A stretch of DNA of 64,000 bases from Microthyrium microscopicum (taxonomy: Eukaryota): positions 35,751 through 99,750 of the forward strand of contig MU004242.1 of assembly GCA_010405405.1 (NCBI GenBank), given 5' to 3'. A program made the position numbers and the translations under genes. Below, piece by piece: positions 25,972 through 39,500 of the stretch; positions within the stretch are counted from its first letter, which is position 1; each line of letters starts with the position of its first letter. A model generated the notes under the pieces. It saw only the letters and a program-made list of their open reading frames with translations. It did no database searches and was not told where the DNA came from.

Positions 25972-26165
25972 GACAAAATAAATGGCGTGCCCCAATCGAC
26001 TTGGATAGCTCCTACATAACAAGCTCCGGCATCGAGTGCTTTATTTGAATAATAGGACGTTTAGACTCGAATTTTTATTGAATGCGATGGAAAATAACAC
26101 CTCTTTATTAGAACCAGTCGTGGGAGCCAGCGATGTTGATGGGGGAGAACGCCAGTTATTTTGTC
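25972..26165. mobile_element. MITE-like element, copy 1 (~195 bp, ~45-bp imperfect TIRs)
   Basis: Left gacaaaataaatggcgtgccccaatcgac...ctcctac versus right gtgggagccagcgatgttgatgggggagaacgccagttattttgtc form an inverted repeat. Homologous to 38731-38950. Confidence 0.7.
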
Positions 26166-26429
26166 ATGCGGTTAGCATATATAGATTCATTTCCACTTAT
26201 TTTTAATGTTTGGGGACATTATCACAATTCTGCAAAATTAAGTTTGTGGAAAAAAAGCGGCCAACGTTGGTGAGTCCTGCTCGAGCAGGCGTAGTGAGGT
26301 AGTACCTGTGTCGTCGTCCTGTATGATGCCGGTGGCGCTTGCCCTTTGTCTTCACCACCTCTTCATTAAGAACTCCATTCCTTGGGAGTTTTACTCAATT
26401 ATGTTCCAGTTGGTTCGCAGTCTATCAAA

Positions 26430-28193
26430 ATGACGCGATATTCACTCTTAAGAGTGTACGGCAATGCTTCTCGCCGCGTAATCAAGGCTGGGAAACCGGG
26501 GAGCTCTCGAACAATTGCAACAAAATCATCTCCGCCATCCAAGTCCGACAGATGGAAATGGGCAATACCTGTGAGCGCTGGGGCATTCATCGCAATGTCT
26601 TCAGTTGCACTGTACAGTGCTCGCGGCAACTCGACATCAAATCCTGGTGACAGTCAACGACTCAATGGCCAATCAACTACACCGTTAGATGCAATGCCTG
26701 TCGCAGTATACGATCTGACAGAAAAAAGTCTCAGAGACGCAGAAAATGAACTCGTCACTCTCTTGGGTGCTGAACGAGTCATTACCAGCCTTGGAGAGCG
26801 CATCACTCATTCAAGCACAGAATGGTCTGTAGCCCCTGGTGGAGACCTTGATAGACATTCATTTATCGTCCATCCGAAATCAACGGAGGAAGTCAGTGCC
26901 ATTGCCAAAATATGTCACAAAAGGCGAATTCCAATGATTGCATTTTCTGGAGGTACTAGCTTGGAAGGTACTTTAGCTGCAACGACGAGAGGAGGATGTT
27001 GTATCGATTTTCAGCTCATGAACAAAGTCATACAATTACACGCAAAAGATATGGACGTCGTGGTACAGCCAGGTGTAGGTTTTGAAGAACTTAACGCCCA
27101 ACTTGATCCTCAAGGATATTTCTTTCCGCCAGATCCTGGACCAGGCGCTCAAATCGGTGGAATGATTGGTCAGGGGTGTTCTGGAACGAATGCTTATCGT
27201 TATGGAACCATGAAAGATTGGGTCCTTGGTATGACTGTTGTTCTTGCGGATGGAACGATTGTTAGAACAAGAAATCGACCTCGAAAGTCGAGCGCGGGTT
27301 ACAATCTTACTCAACTTATGATCGGATCGGAAGGTACTTTGGGAATAGTCACTGAAGCAACACTAAAATTAACAAGTGCACCAAGAAACATAAGAGTTGC
27401 AGTGTTGGCGTTCAAAACTACACAAGCTGCAGTTGATACAGCCATCGAGATTGTCCAAAACGATATGCCTGTTGCGGCATTGGAGCTCTTGGATGGGTTC
27501 ACAATGAAAGCCGTGAATCAGGCTGGTTACTGTGACAAGCAATATCCGGAAATTCCTACTCTGTTTATGAAATTTGCTGGACATACACCGCAGAGCGTAC
27601 AGGAATTAATTGATCGTGTCGAGGATTCAGCGAAACGAAATGGATGCCAGTCGCTCGAATTCTCGAAAGACGATAAAGAAGTCGCAGCGCTTTGGATGGC
27701 TAGAAAAACTGCTTTATGGAGCTTGCTTGCCATGAAAGAGAATCCAGAAGACAAGTTTCTCAGTGCAGATGCAGCAGTCCCAATTTCTCGACTAGCGGAT
27801 CTCGTCGAAGAGACAACTGAGCTTCTCAACAAAAGTGGCTTGATTGGATCGTGCTTGGGACATGTTGGGGATGGTATGTTCTGTTTCCGTGCATACATTG
27901 GGATTTGATGCTGACTTTTGAAAGGCAATTTCCATACCACAGTACTGTACGGGGGCTCGGACAAAGACAAAGCCCGACAAATCATTTCCACTGTACAGAA
28001 GCGAGCCATCGAAATGGAGGGAACGATTACTGGCGAGCATGGAATCGGCTTGGAGTATCGTGACATGTTGGTAAACGAGAATGGACCAGGCTTTGTGGAT
28101 ATGATGCGACATGTTAAGCTCGCGCTTGATCCATACTGTCTCCTTAACCCAGATAAGCTATTCAGGGTGAACTGGGACGCAAAAAGAGATTAA
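26430..28193 (+). CDS. Mitochondrial D-lactate dehydrogenase (cytochrome), DLD1-like FAD-linked oxidase
   Basis: Basic mitochondrial-type presequence; FSGGTSLEG; FFPPDPGPGAQIGGM; GCSGTNAYRYGTMKDWV; RPRKSSAGYNLT; GHVGDGNFH (across intron ~27874-27924); TGEHGIG; LNPDK. Confidence 0.93.
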
Positions 28194-28280
28194 GGTGTAT
28201 CTGCTTCAGCGTCGCGTTGCAAGATTTAATGGTAATAAACAGCTTCAACTATAGCGTGGGGGGACCGCATACCTCAAAGC

Positions 28281-28691
28281 TCAACTCGATATAAATTGAC
28301 TGGCATCAAGTCTCTGTATCAGTAATAAGCATCCATAAATGAATAGCAATTCCAATGGAAACAGCCACACCATGACCAAAGGCGGCTTGTCTTGCAGCTC
28401 CAACTCTTTCCAATTCTCATTGCCACTCGTTTCCCGTCTTACTTTATCGAGATTTTGCGTATATTTGAGGACCGATAACCCAGCAACGAGGCCCACAACT
28501 CCTCCGTGAGCTAAACGTGCGCCAACTGCTCAATTGAAACCTATATAAACAAACGCAAGCATGGCTAGTCCAGATGGAATGACTACCTCCAGCGACAGGA
28601 AGAAAGGGGTTGCTGGCCGCCGAGTTCGTTGTGACAGACGCGGCGTCAAAGCCGTATGTCTCGGCATAGCTAGTTGGGTTCGTGATGGCAT
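28281..28691 (-). pseudogene. Possible small membrane-protein gene interrupted by one in-frame TGA
   Basis: A 137-codon frame from ATG 28691 to stop 28281 has three hydrophobic segments and a single internal TGA at 28532-28530. No homology recognised. Confidence 0.25.
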
Positions 28692-29694
28692 GTGTTCCAA
28701 CTGAAATGCTGAGTAGGCCGAAGCACGATGCGGTTCCTCGAGCAGGGGTTAATAGTGAGAAGGCCGTACTATAAATGTGGTATCATCTTCTATTGCCTCC
28801 AAAAATTTCAGGACTCTGCGCGAGAGATAACTTGGGAACAGCCTGTTTCCCTGTTTAGGCCATGTGTCCAGCGATCAATTCAATTGACATGATGGATCTT
28901 GAAGACGCGAATGGTGTTGAGTGTTCAAGGCATGTCAGGGGCAATATTAAAAAGGGGGCACCGTCAAATAGTACAATAAGAACAACATTTCGCGCGCTCT
29001 TTGGACCTGTACGAACCAGTTATCATCGTGTTCAAGTTCTCCAAATCAATTGCATTACTGCAAGAAGAGGCCTGTGTTCTTTCTCTCCACACATCAGAGA
29101 AGGGGAGAAACTTACAAGACATGGCAAGCTACAAGCTAGACTACCACTGCAGTACCTTTGACGACGGCGATATATCTTACACGAAATTCTATCGGAGCGA
29201 GATATATTCACCAAAACTTCTCTTCTTGGCTGGAGTCTGGACTGACAATACCATAGAGTATGGCAAAGGGCTGAAGGCTGACAGGAGCGATGGTACCTGA
29301 ATCCACCGCGACATCCACGCCGTCGCGTGTATTTATGGCACTAGCTCGTGACGTCACCATTGAACGTTCTTATGTTTTACCTTTTTCGGATTTTGAGTAG
29401 TACATCAATTCAATGGACAACAACCTACCGTGAGCCAAAGTCTATCGCTGCCGTCAATTGATTGACCAGGCGTGTACTGGTTTCTGTACGCTTTGAGATT
29501 CGTGACGATCGCTGCCAGTTTTGTTTCCGTCATGGCCTTTACCGTCCTGAACCTATTCGCATAAGAGGTACCAGCGCACCCAATAGGGAACATGAACAGA
29601 ACGGAGACCACCGATTGCTAATGCTACTGAGTAGATATCGGCCGGGGATATTGCAATACTCATTTCCTTCACCCCATCTCCTCACCAAGCTGAT

Positions 29695-32600
29695 ATGGAC
29701 GCGGAAGAGCTGCCTAGTGATACGAGCTTATTGTATTTTCTAGAATGCGATCCAAGGCCAACGTTCATAATCGATACCGCCACAGCCTTAACCGAAGAAT
29801 CAATCATCAAGCCTGTTTACAACAATCCTGCCTTACTGAAACATGAATTTGGCGAGTTGTTGGCGACAGTTCAAGGCAAAGAATGCCTAGACCTCGCGGC
29901 ATGGCACAAATTCCGAAACTGGGCTACAACTGCGGTTGAAAGCCCCAGTGCTACAGATACTGTAGACAGCTTGATCTACAACAATTTCACTTGGGCCAAG
30001 GTTGTTCTTCATAAACGGTGGAATGTTTTGAGTGGAACTCGCTTCGAGCGTCTGGAAGGAACTGAACCCAGAACTATCACTAGATCTATATCACAGGATC
30101 GCTCATTTGATTGGACTGCTTCGCTTCCGCCTAAGGATAACACATCTCATATCCAGTTCGCTCGCAATACCGACTGGGCCAATAGCCCGCTAGGATCAAT
30201 GCATACATGGTCAACACAACTACGCAGTGCCGCCAATCTCATCATGCAAGATCCACGGCCAGCCGTTTTGTTCTGGGGCCCCGAGGTAGTAATGATTTAC
30301 AACGAGCCATACACCGAACTCATTGGAGGTCTCCATCCAATGTGCATGGGAAAAAGCGCAAGAAATGCCCTTGCTGTAGTCTGGCATGACTTCGAACCTA
30401 TTATCATTGAGAACCTTGCTGGTAAACCTGTTGAAGAAACAAATAAACCGGTTGTGATTACTCGCAATGGTTTTCTGGAGGAAACCTATTTCTCCATGAA
30501 ATTTTTACCCATTTTTGACGGGCAAGGCGCGACTATTGGACACTTTGAGACCGTCTCCGAAACTGTAAGTCATGTACCGGTCCTTTCCTTTGGTTTTAAA
30601 TTGCATCCCGCAATCACGGTCTTATTCATGTACTCTCTATCAGTGATTATCTCTGACAGCTCTACAGACTAAACAAGTCTTACTACAAAGACGTCTGTCA
30701 ATGGTTCTGGAACTTAGTGAAGAGATTAACAAATCACGGAGTGTTACAGATTACTGGACTCTGGTCAAGGAGGTGCTGTCCCATCACGAAAAAGATGTTC
30801 CATTTGCGTTACTCTACTCTGTCGAAACCGAGGGTGGTCCAGCCGAGGAGTTGGCCTCCGTAATTACTCCAGATTCTGGAGAGGATACAAGCTGCATGCT
30901 GCGAGGAGTACTTGGTTGGGAAGGTTCTTCACCACCTCAACTTCAAACTGTCCTCTTCAATGATACCAAAGGCCTGATGCCTTATTTCCGAAAGGCCATG
31001 GTTTCGGGAGATCCAATTGTTGTTGTATTTGACGACGATACAATATCAAACAATCCTCTGATTGAAACTATGGCTAAAACCTTTGGCGAAACTTGCAAAT
31101 CAATTGCTATTTTTTCCGTTAATCCTACATCTGGAGACGATCATATACTCGGGTTTGTTGTGATTGGTCTCAATCCTCTCACTCCTTACGATGATGGCTA
31201 TCATCAATTTATATTAGTCACGAGCAGACTACTCTCCGCATCTTTGACATCCATCCTTTTGAACGAAAAGGACATTCAACGGCGTGAAAAGGCTATGGAT
31301 AGAGCTGAGGCTTTGAAAACCAAGCTGATGCAACAACTGCTCGTCACGCAAAGAGAGGTCGAGCGAAGCAGTCTGAAATTCAAACGTTTTGCAGAGGGAG
31401 CTGATATTGGCATCTTTATCGTTGGCTTAGATGGGCTTGCCACGTACCGGAACGAAGCTTGGTATAACATTTTTCAACCAGATAATAGAGAAGTAAATCT
31501 GGATGATGGGTGGGATATGTTAATCGATGAGGAGTATGCAGAAAAAGGCAGGGCCCGATTCGCGGAGTTGATGGAAAAGAAAAACCATCAGTAAGCATAC
31601 AGTGGAAATAGTCTTCGTATTGTCAAACATGCTGATATTGTGCAGGTCGTTCGAGCTGCGCCTAAAAAGAACTTGGACAGTACCCAATTGGCACTCAGCT
31701 GAGAACCAACAGCCAATGTGGGTGTTATGCTCAGCTTTTCCCGAATTATCCGAAGATGGCGAGATTTTGGAAATCATTGGATGCGTTACAGACATTAGGT
31801 GAGACTTCAAAGAATCGTCTCTTCCAATGCTGATGCGTGTAACAAGTCGCCAAAAATGGGGCGAGAAAGTCCAATCGGCTCGTGCATTGGACGCTCAAGA
31901 GTCGAAAAGGTATGTTACTGGCTGTCGCTCGAACGATATCTTGATTTAACGTTCGCCAGACAGTTGGAGAACTTCATCGATACCACCTCGTAGGTTCCAT
32001 ACCTGTCAAGAACGTTCACTGCATTCTAATCAAGTAGACACGAAATGCGAAATCCATTATCTGCTATCGTGCAATGCGCCGACGTGAGTTTTCTCTGCGG
32101 CTTTGGCACGAATTGGATGGTTTCTAACCGTGGTTACAGGGTATCCTATCTTCTCATAAAGAGCACTTAAAGTCAAGCGATCCATCTGGATTGCCTCAAA
32201 GTACGATACATACGGCTATTGAATCCGCCGAAACAATTGTGCAGTGTTCGCAACACATGAAGTGCATTGTAGATGGTAATTGTCCTTTTACCATGCCCAG
32301 CCCAAGCTAACGATACTTGAAGATGTTCTTACTATGTCTAAACTCGACTCGGGACTTTTAGCAATGACTCCAGTCGCTGTACAACCTGAAATTCTAGCAA
32401 GGCATTCCGTGAAAATGTTTGAGGCAGAAGCAAAGTCGGCTGATGTTGGACTGATATTTGAACTGGAAGAATCATGGCAACAAAGTCAAATCACTTGGGT
32501 GTCTATGGATCCAACCAGATTAACACAGGTTCTAATTGTTCGTCCAACTCGTACGTCATCTCCGAGTCTGTAGCTACTAACGATTGTCTAGAATCTCATC

Positions 32601-33689
32601 ACCAACGCGATCAAATTTACTCGACTTGAAAAGATACGCAATGTTGTGGTGAGCATGGGCTTATCGCTTCAGCGACCGTCAAAAAGTACGTGTGGACATA
32701 TTGTGTATGGTCATATACACAATGAGACTGAAGCTCAATCGTTACGGGCAGACTGGGAGCTGGGAGAAACAGTATGTTCTCATAAATCGTTCATTGGTAT
32801 TCAGCTGCTGACATCGTGGAAGATATATGTGCATTTCATGGTTCATGATACTGGTCGAGGTTTGACTGAAGCTGAAAAAGATTTACTCTTTGCCCGCTTT
32901 TCACAAGCCTCTCCTCGCACTCATATCAATTATGGTATTTACTCCTCTCACTTGACATTTGTAACTATCTAATCTATTCTAGGTGGTTCCGGTCTTGGGC
33001 TTTTCATTTCCCGGCGGCTTACTGAAATGCATGGTGGAGCAATTGGCTTCGCATCCAACACGGGTGCAGGAAGTACTTTCTCTTTTTATATGAAAGCTCG
33101 CAAACTCGACTCCAACTTCGCTCAACCAGGAGATTCCAGAGCAAGTCCAAACTCTGCTATCGGCCCAACCACAAATATACCACCTCTTCCCGATCGCACT
33201 GCCAGCAGTCATGCAGTTCAAACTCTCAGCCAGTCCCCGTCCGATACAACCACCGAGAAACCCAGAGACGCTAAAGATTTCTATGTTCTGGTCGTGGAAG
33301 ATAATCTCGTCAATCAACGAGTCCTTGCCAAGCAGTTACGAAATCTTGGAATGAAGGTTGCAGTAGCCAACCACGGTGCTGAAGCTTTAGATTACTTGCG
33401 TACCACCAAGTTCTGTTCGCCAGATGGTGAACCGCTTTCTTTGATCTTGATGGATTGGGAGATGCCAGTTATGGATGGTTTAACCTGCGTTCGCAACATC
33501 CGACAGTGGAAGCAGAGCGGAGCTATGCAAGGACATGTGCCAGTTATAGCAGTGACTGCAAATGTTAGATTAGAACAGGTAAAGATTGCCATCGAAGCCG
33601 GCATGGATGATGTTGTATCCAAGCCGTTTAGGATACCGGAACTATTCATTCGTATGCAGAAAGTGATGGATCAGGTGGAAAATCAATAA
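29695..33689 (+). CDS. Hybrid histidine kinase (PAS/GAF-like sensor region, HisKA, HATPase_c, REC), fungal group XI-like; ~10 introns
   Basis: DWANSPLGSMHTWS sensor motif; H-box FIDTTS/HEMRNPLSAI split by introns at ~31990-32083; NLITNAIKFT; DTGRGL; GGSGLGLFISRRLTEMHGG; REC VEDNLVNQ...LMDWEMPVMDG...KPF. Confidence 0.93.
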
Positions 33690-33717
33690 TATCCCCATGA
33701 ATCAAAACTTCACGCTC

Positions 33718-34876
33718 TCAGTCCCCGTCGGAGAGTTTCTCGTTGTGCTCGTCCACAAATCGGAATGTCAAGCCAGGTTGTGGAGTGTCAGAATCGTCAA
33801 ATTCGATTTGGCATCGTACCACTTCGTACATGTCCGATTCGTAATACTGCAGAGCTTGTTCTTGCTCTGCCGACGTGATCCAGTGAGCGAACCCTTCCAC
33901 TGCGGCAGATGGATCATTGGAGTTAACCAAGGCCTTGTATCTTCCGCACCATGTTTTCACAATCCCTCTTTGAATATAGCAGGCTTTGAGTTTTGGCTCT
34001 GCATCAAGATTGAGAAGACGAGCTAGGCGATCTGGTTCTGCCAAAGTACCGTAGAAAAAGTAGCAGACGGGATACTCGGTATGGCCCGGGCTGCCTTTCG
34101 CTCCATTCTGCATCCGGAACTGAGGCAGTGTACTGTCAATGCCTATATCATGTTAGTATCAGTTCCAATCGAAAGCTGTCCTTGACTTTGGCAAACATAT
34201 TCGGATTCATCTCTGGCTTCCCATCAAACGCGATGGCCATGAATGAGTGCCATGGCGCTTTCAAGAAGAAGACAAGAAGAAAGAGCTTAGGAAAAATGCA
34301 AGTCTTACCTAGTGTTGGATAGAGCGAATTGCTCTGTAGATCCTTCTTCGCCATAGCAATCTTCAAAAACGTAGGATGAAATATTGCCGCAGAAATCGAG
34401 CTTTCAAAATGTTCCTGGATGACTGCCTTCGTAGATCCGTTGACGATGACAAAATCCACGTCCTGGTCTGAGTCATCTGAACCATGTACTAGTGGGAGCT
34501 CTACCCCAATAATGGCCTTGACATCAGCCGCAGTTTTCAGTGGTCCATCTAGCCGAAGAAGATATTCAGAGCTTTTTGTTGGGGCAGGTTTGGACTTCTG
34601 CGGAGCTCGCCGTATGGTTGATAGATAGAGAGAATATTGGTAGCTTTCTTTGGTATGGCCGGGATGGTTTTCTTGAACTTCTTCCCAGTAATCGTCAGAG
34701 ACTATAGGTCTTCCAATACTGGTTCTCTGTTCGCGAATACGTTCTTTGGCTTCATCTGCTGAAAGATTAAACAGGCGCTGCCATCGATCCAGATCTTCGG
34801 CGGAGATATTGTCCGCATCGAGACAATCTGGGCCTATTGACTGAGCTATGATTTCGAGTTCCGCGAGAAGATCCAT
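33718..34876 (-). CDS. Gamma-glutamylcyclotransferase (GGCT/AIG2-like) domain protein, 2 exons
   Basis: C-terminal YFFYGTLAEP...YKALV...AL.YYE...YEVVRC is typical of fungal GGCT/AIG2-like proteins. Intron ~34143-34307 links the two ORFs. Confidence 0.8.
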
Positions 34877-36558
34877 TTCGGTTGATCTGTCGAATCGATC
34901 TTACTAGTTTGACTGTGTAGCTAAAGTACGCGGAACTGGCGGAAGTTGAGTTAAATAGTGTGGAAAGATGCGAGGACGAAGATGAAAAATTAGACGTCAG
35001 ACTACTTAGCTCAAGTTTGCGAATGGGACGAGAATCATTACATTTATACCTAAAGTTCACTACGGTACTTACAGAGTGACTCAAGGGTCGATTTTCAAGA
35101 TCTGTGAACCGTAGTTGAGGGAGAGAACATCAATTAGCGTACCAGACTGGTAGAGACCATGCTGACCAACATCTCCAGCGACCATAAACAGTATTACCGG
35201 TAGCCACGACGTTTCCAAGATCGTCAAAATCCGAAAGTAACAGATCCATGGATAGCAGGAATCGTATCACTGAGAGTCAGAACTAGTACCGGAGTCATAA
35301 CGTGAATCCTTGTACTCAAAATGAGATTGTCCAGTTGCAATTTGGTTCTAGCAAGAGTAAGACCATCGTTCCTATGAGCAATTGTCGCATAGCGAACAGA
35401 TGCGTGGTAGGCAAGTCGTGGAATTAGGCTGCGAGCAGTGCACAGATGAACCCAAGGTCCATTGCCGGGCCATCTGACAGAATGATGGCGTTGCATGAGC
35501 AGCAATGACTAGGACTGGCTAGACTCGTACCAATGCACTTCATAAGCATAAGGCTTAACACGCATTGAGGCCATGTGCTGTGGTGGGTGCGAGAGTGCTA
35601 TAATAAAGATTTTGCGTCACAATGGAGCACGACGATATCTGATGCTTGAATATCCGAAAAGCCGATCTCTTGGGTCTATCGGACCAATCGGGGAATATAT
35701 ATGCACGTGCACATGTTCCGCCTCCCGAAAGTCTTGGAACATGAACTCCAAATGTTGGGTCAATCATTGATCATTCTAACCTCGTTGCCATTTTCTGGAT
35801 CTTGAAATTGTTTTTCAATTCCCACTTTTCCGCTACCGTCGCTGGATCGAAATCGGGTCCGTGATACAGTCCTTCGAGAGCTCTAGCCATCATATACTCC
35901 TTGAGGTTTTCACGCGCAACATTTGATTTTGGAAACAACTATTCGCCCCACACGCTAAAAAGCTTATTATTTATCTTACCTTTGTTTGGTACTCGAAGTT
36001 GATCCCTGATCCACGCGCAACATTAACTACATAGATTGAGTGTGCCTGCCAAGGCTGCTGTACCCGCCTACCTACGTTACATAGCTTGACGTGGCTGTGA
36101 TCGCGGGCTGTGGCTGTATAAAACTACGAGAGTACCGGTACCGACCTACAGTTGCACCCAAGTACACGGGACACCGGTAGTTTACAAAGTACGTACCCAG
36201 GTCCTAGGAGCCGTAAAAGTGGAAGAAGTCAACACATTGGCAAGCCAGGGTCCAATTTCAAGTCTTGTATCGCACCTACTTGTCGATGACGGACATGGTA
36301 AACACGCGCAAAGGATCTTGATACGATAACACTGTCTGATCTGCCACGATTTGTCTTGCTCGCAGAGGTTGGCACTTGACCGTTGCTGGTCAATGGTCAT
36401 GAGCCACTACCCTCCTTGTGCCGGATACATCTGATACACGAGTATCTTCACAACTTTGAAGTCGCAACGTACTACACCCGCCGTAAACCTAATTCCACCG
36501 CCGCCTACTATGCACCTATATCGCCTTTTCATCTTTACCTACTAGTAGTACTATATCC

Positions 36559-39500
36559 ATGGACACACCCATCACATCGCTTGGGGAACTCGAGCATCTT
36601 AGCATCGAAGAAGTACTCGACCAGGACAGCCGACCTAGCTTCATCCTCGATCTCGATCCAGACCAAGACAGGGTCAGCCACCTTCTCAGTCCCATTTTTT
36701 GCAATTTGGCCCTTCGCGTACACTATCAACTCTACGATGCGGTCACCAGCGGAGAATTACCCACACCTCTTTCTAGATCTGAAAAGCCATCGTATCAGGA
36801 CTTCAGAGCTTGGGCCATTAGTGTAACTACACACGACGATTCGAAAGATGTGTTTCCACTTTCGTTCCTGTTTGGGAATCTTCTCTGGACGGGTTTCACT
36901 GTTCGACGCCGATGGCGAATCATTAGCGGCAACATATTATGGAATGAAAAAGGCCCTCTAGCGAACGTGTCGTCCAATGCAACTAGCGAAATACCCAAGG
37001 GCATCTCTGGTGCTACTAGAGCCTCTGCGAAGATCGATCTTATTGGTTCTACTTCACGAAAAGCGATAAAGATATCCACAGATGACAGGCCAAATCTCGT
37101 ACCAGTCCAAAAAATCCCTTCCTCCAAGCCTTATTACTTCCCAAAGTCAGCCCGCACAAGCTCCGATGATACCGGAAACTCTTCTCACAGCAGAGGATCA
37201 CTGACACTTGCGGCTCCTGATAAAGCGTGCGCCGATTGGACTGCAAAATCACCCAAGGGCGTAATATCAGATCATATTGCATTAGCTCGCCTAGTAAACT
37301 GGAAAGACACTCCTTTGGGTCCAATGGAGAAATGGTCGCCCGAGTTTCGCCAGGTTGCAAACCTTCTCATGTCCAATCCTCACCCGGCCGCTCTGTTTTG
37401 GGGGAGTGACTTGACTATGCTTTACAACGCAGCCTACGCTGATGAAGTAGCTGGCAACAAGCATCCAGAGCTGATGGGTACCGGATTTTCAGGGCCATTT
37501 TCTGAATTATGGGACTCCATTGCTCCTGTTTTTGCGGAATGCGCTAAGACTGGTGTCTCTATCCGACGAGAAAACGATTACCTGCCTATCAAACGGCGTG
37601 GATTCCTTGAGGAGACTTTCTTTTCTTGGTCGTGGACCCCTTTGTACGGCGGCACTTCGCAAATACTAGGCTTCTATAATGCCCCGTTTGACGTGTCAGA
37701 TCAAGTCCGAAATCGCCGGGGAATGGAAACAGTAAGCAAACTCGGGGGCACGGTGTCTAGAGCCACCTCAGTCAAGCAATTCTGGAAACTGGTACTGGAG
37801 GGCCTGGAAGAAAGCAACTTTGATGTCCCAATGGCGCTCCTCTATTCTGTGAGCGATACTGAAGACCCAGATCATGAATCAATATCCTCAGGCAGCACAA
37901 TCTCTTTGAAATCATGCAACTTTGAGGGATCTATTGGCATACCGGAAGGACACCCTGCGACACCTCTCCAACTGGATCTCAAACGCAGTCGAGAGGGCTT
38001 CGTACCCGCTTTTCGCGAAGCAATGCGTACCAGGGAGCCCACTTTACTACACATCAAAGATGGATCCCTTCCTGAAGAGCTACTGGAAGGGATTGAGTGG
38101 CGAGGGTTTCCAGACCCATGTCAAGATGCAATCATTTTCCCAGTACGACCAACGAATGGGGAAACGGTACTTGCCTTTCTCGTAATAGGTATGAATCCAA
38201 GGCGTCCATACGACGAAACGTACAAGTCTTTCATAAGTTTACTCAATCGACAATTGGCCACCTCTTTAGCTTCCACCATACTTCATGAAGAAGAAATTCG
38301 GCGAAGCACCGCTGCTGCGATAGAGAAGGAAAGTCTCTCGAAGCAACTCGCACTTCAGACTGATAGACTGCGGCGAATGACAGCACTCTCTCCTCTGGGA
38401 ATGTTTTTCCTCAATCCAGAAGGCAAATTTGTCGAAGCCAACGATCGATTCTTTGAAATGACAGGTCTGGCGAGGGACGAAATGCTCACTGCTTCGTGGG
38501 CAGACTGCATTATGGATAGTAGCAATGAGAAAATGGATGAAGGTTGGCTACAAATGCTGCACGAACACAAATCCTGGTCTAGTGAGCTTCAACTCAAAAA
38601 GACAAGGGACGCCGCAACCAACTTTGATCTTGATGGCGAGATAATTGATTCTTGGGTGCTGTTTACAACCCAACTCGAATTTGGGTCTGGGGATTCGCTG
38701 AAGTAAGTCTTTCCTTTTGAGCCGACTCGAGCACAACCAGTAGATAAAATAACTGGCGTGCTCCCACCGACTTCGATTGCTCCCTCAAAACACGCTCAAG
38801 GATCGAATGCGTTCAGTGCTATGAAAGGCTTCTAGAGCAGCACAATTCATCGAATGCAATAGAAGTAATACTACCTTTTATTTAGTAGCGTTTGTGGGAG
38901 CCACTGATGTTGATGGGGGCATGCCGGTTATTATGTTGATCAGTTGAAGCACTAATAGAAAAAAATTCACCTCGGGCGAGCCCATGGATTTCAACTTATA
39001 GCGGTCGCCTCACTAACCGGTTCAGATCAATTCTAGGCTCGATAACAGATATTTCTCACCTCAAGTGGGTCGAAGGCCTTCAAAGCCGACGACTCTGCGA
39101 GGCTGAAGAAAGGAGACGCCAGCAGACTGAATTCATCGATATCACGTCGCATGAGATGCGAAATCCTCTCAGCGCTATACTACAGTGTGCGGACGATATT
39201 TCAGCTAGTCTGAGCAGCTATCGTTCTACAGACGCTGCGCTCAATGCCTCCATTGTGGAAAGCTGTTTGGATTCTGCGAGTACCATCAAACTCTGCGTAA
39301 ACCACCAAAAGATGATCGTCGATGACATTCTTACAACATCAAAACTCGACTCAAACCTCCTGGAACTAACTCCTAGTGCCACTCAGCCCACTGAAATTGC
39401 CAGTCTCGTTGTTCGCATGTTTCAATCTGAACTTCAAGCCAAGAAGATCCAAGTATCCCTTGATCTGGACTCCTCCCTCCAGCAGCTCTCGGTTGGCTGG

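Noticed and set aside
28862..29611. Short ORFs upstream of the first histidine kinase
   Set aside because: No recognisable motifs or coherent exon structure.
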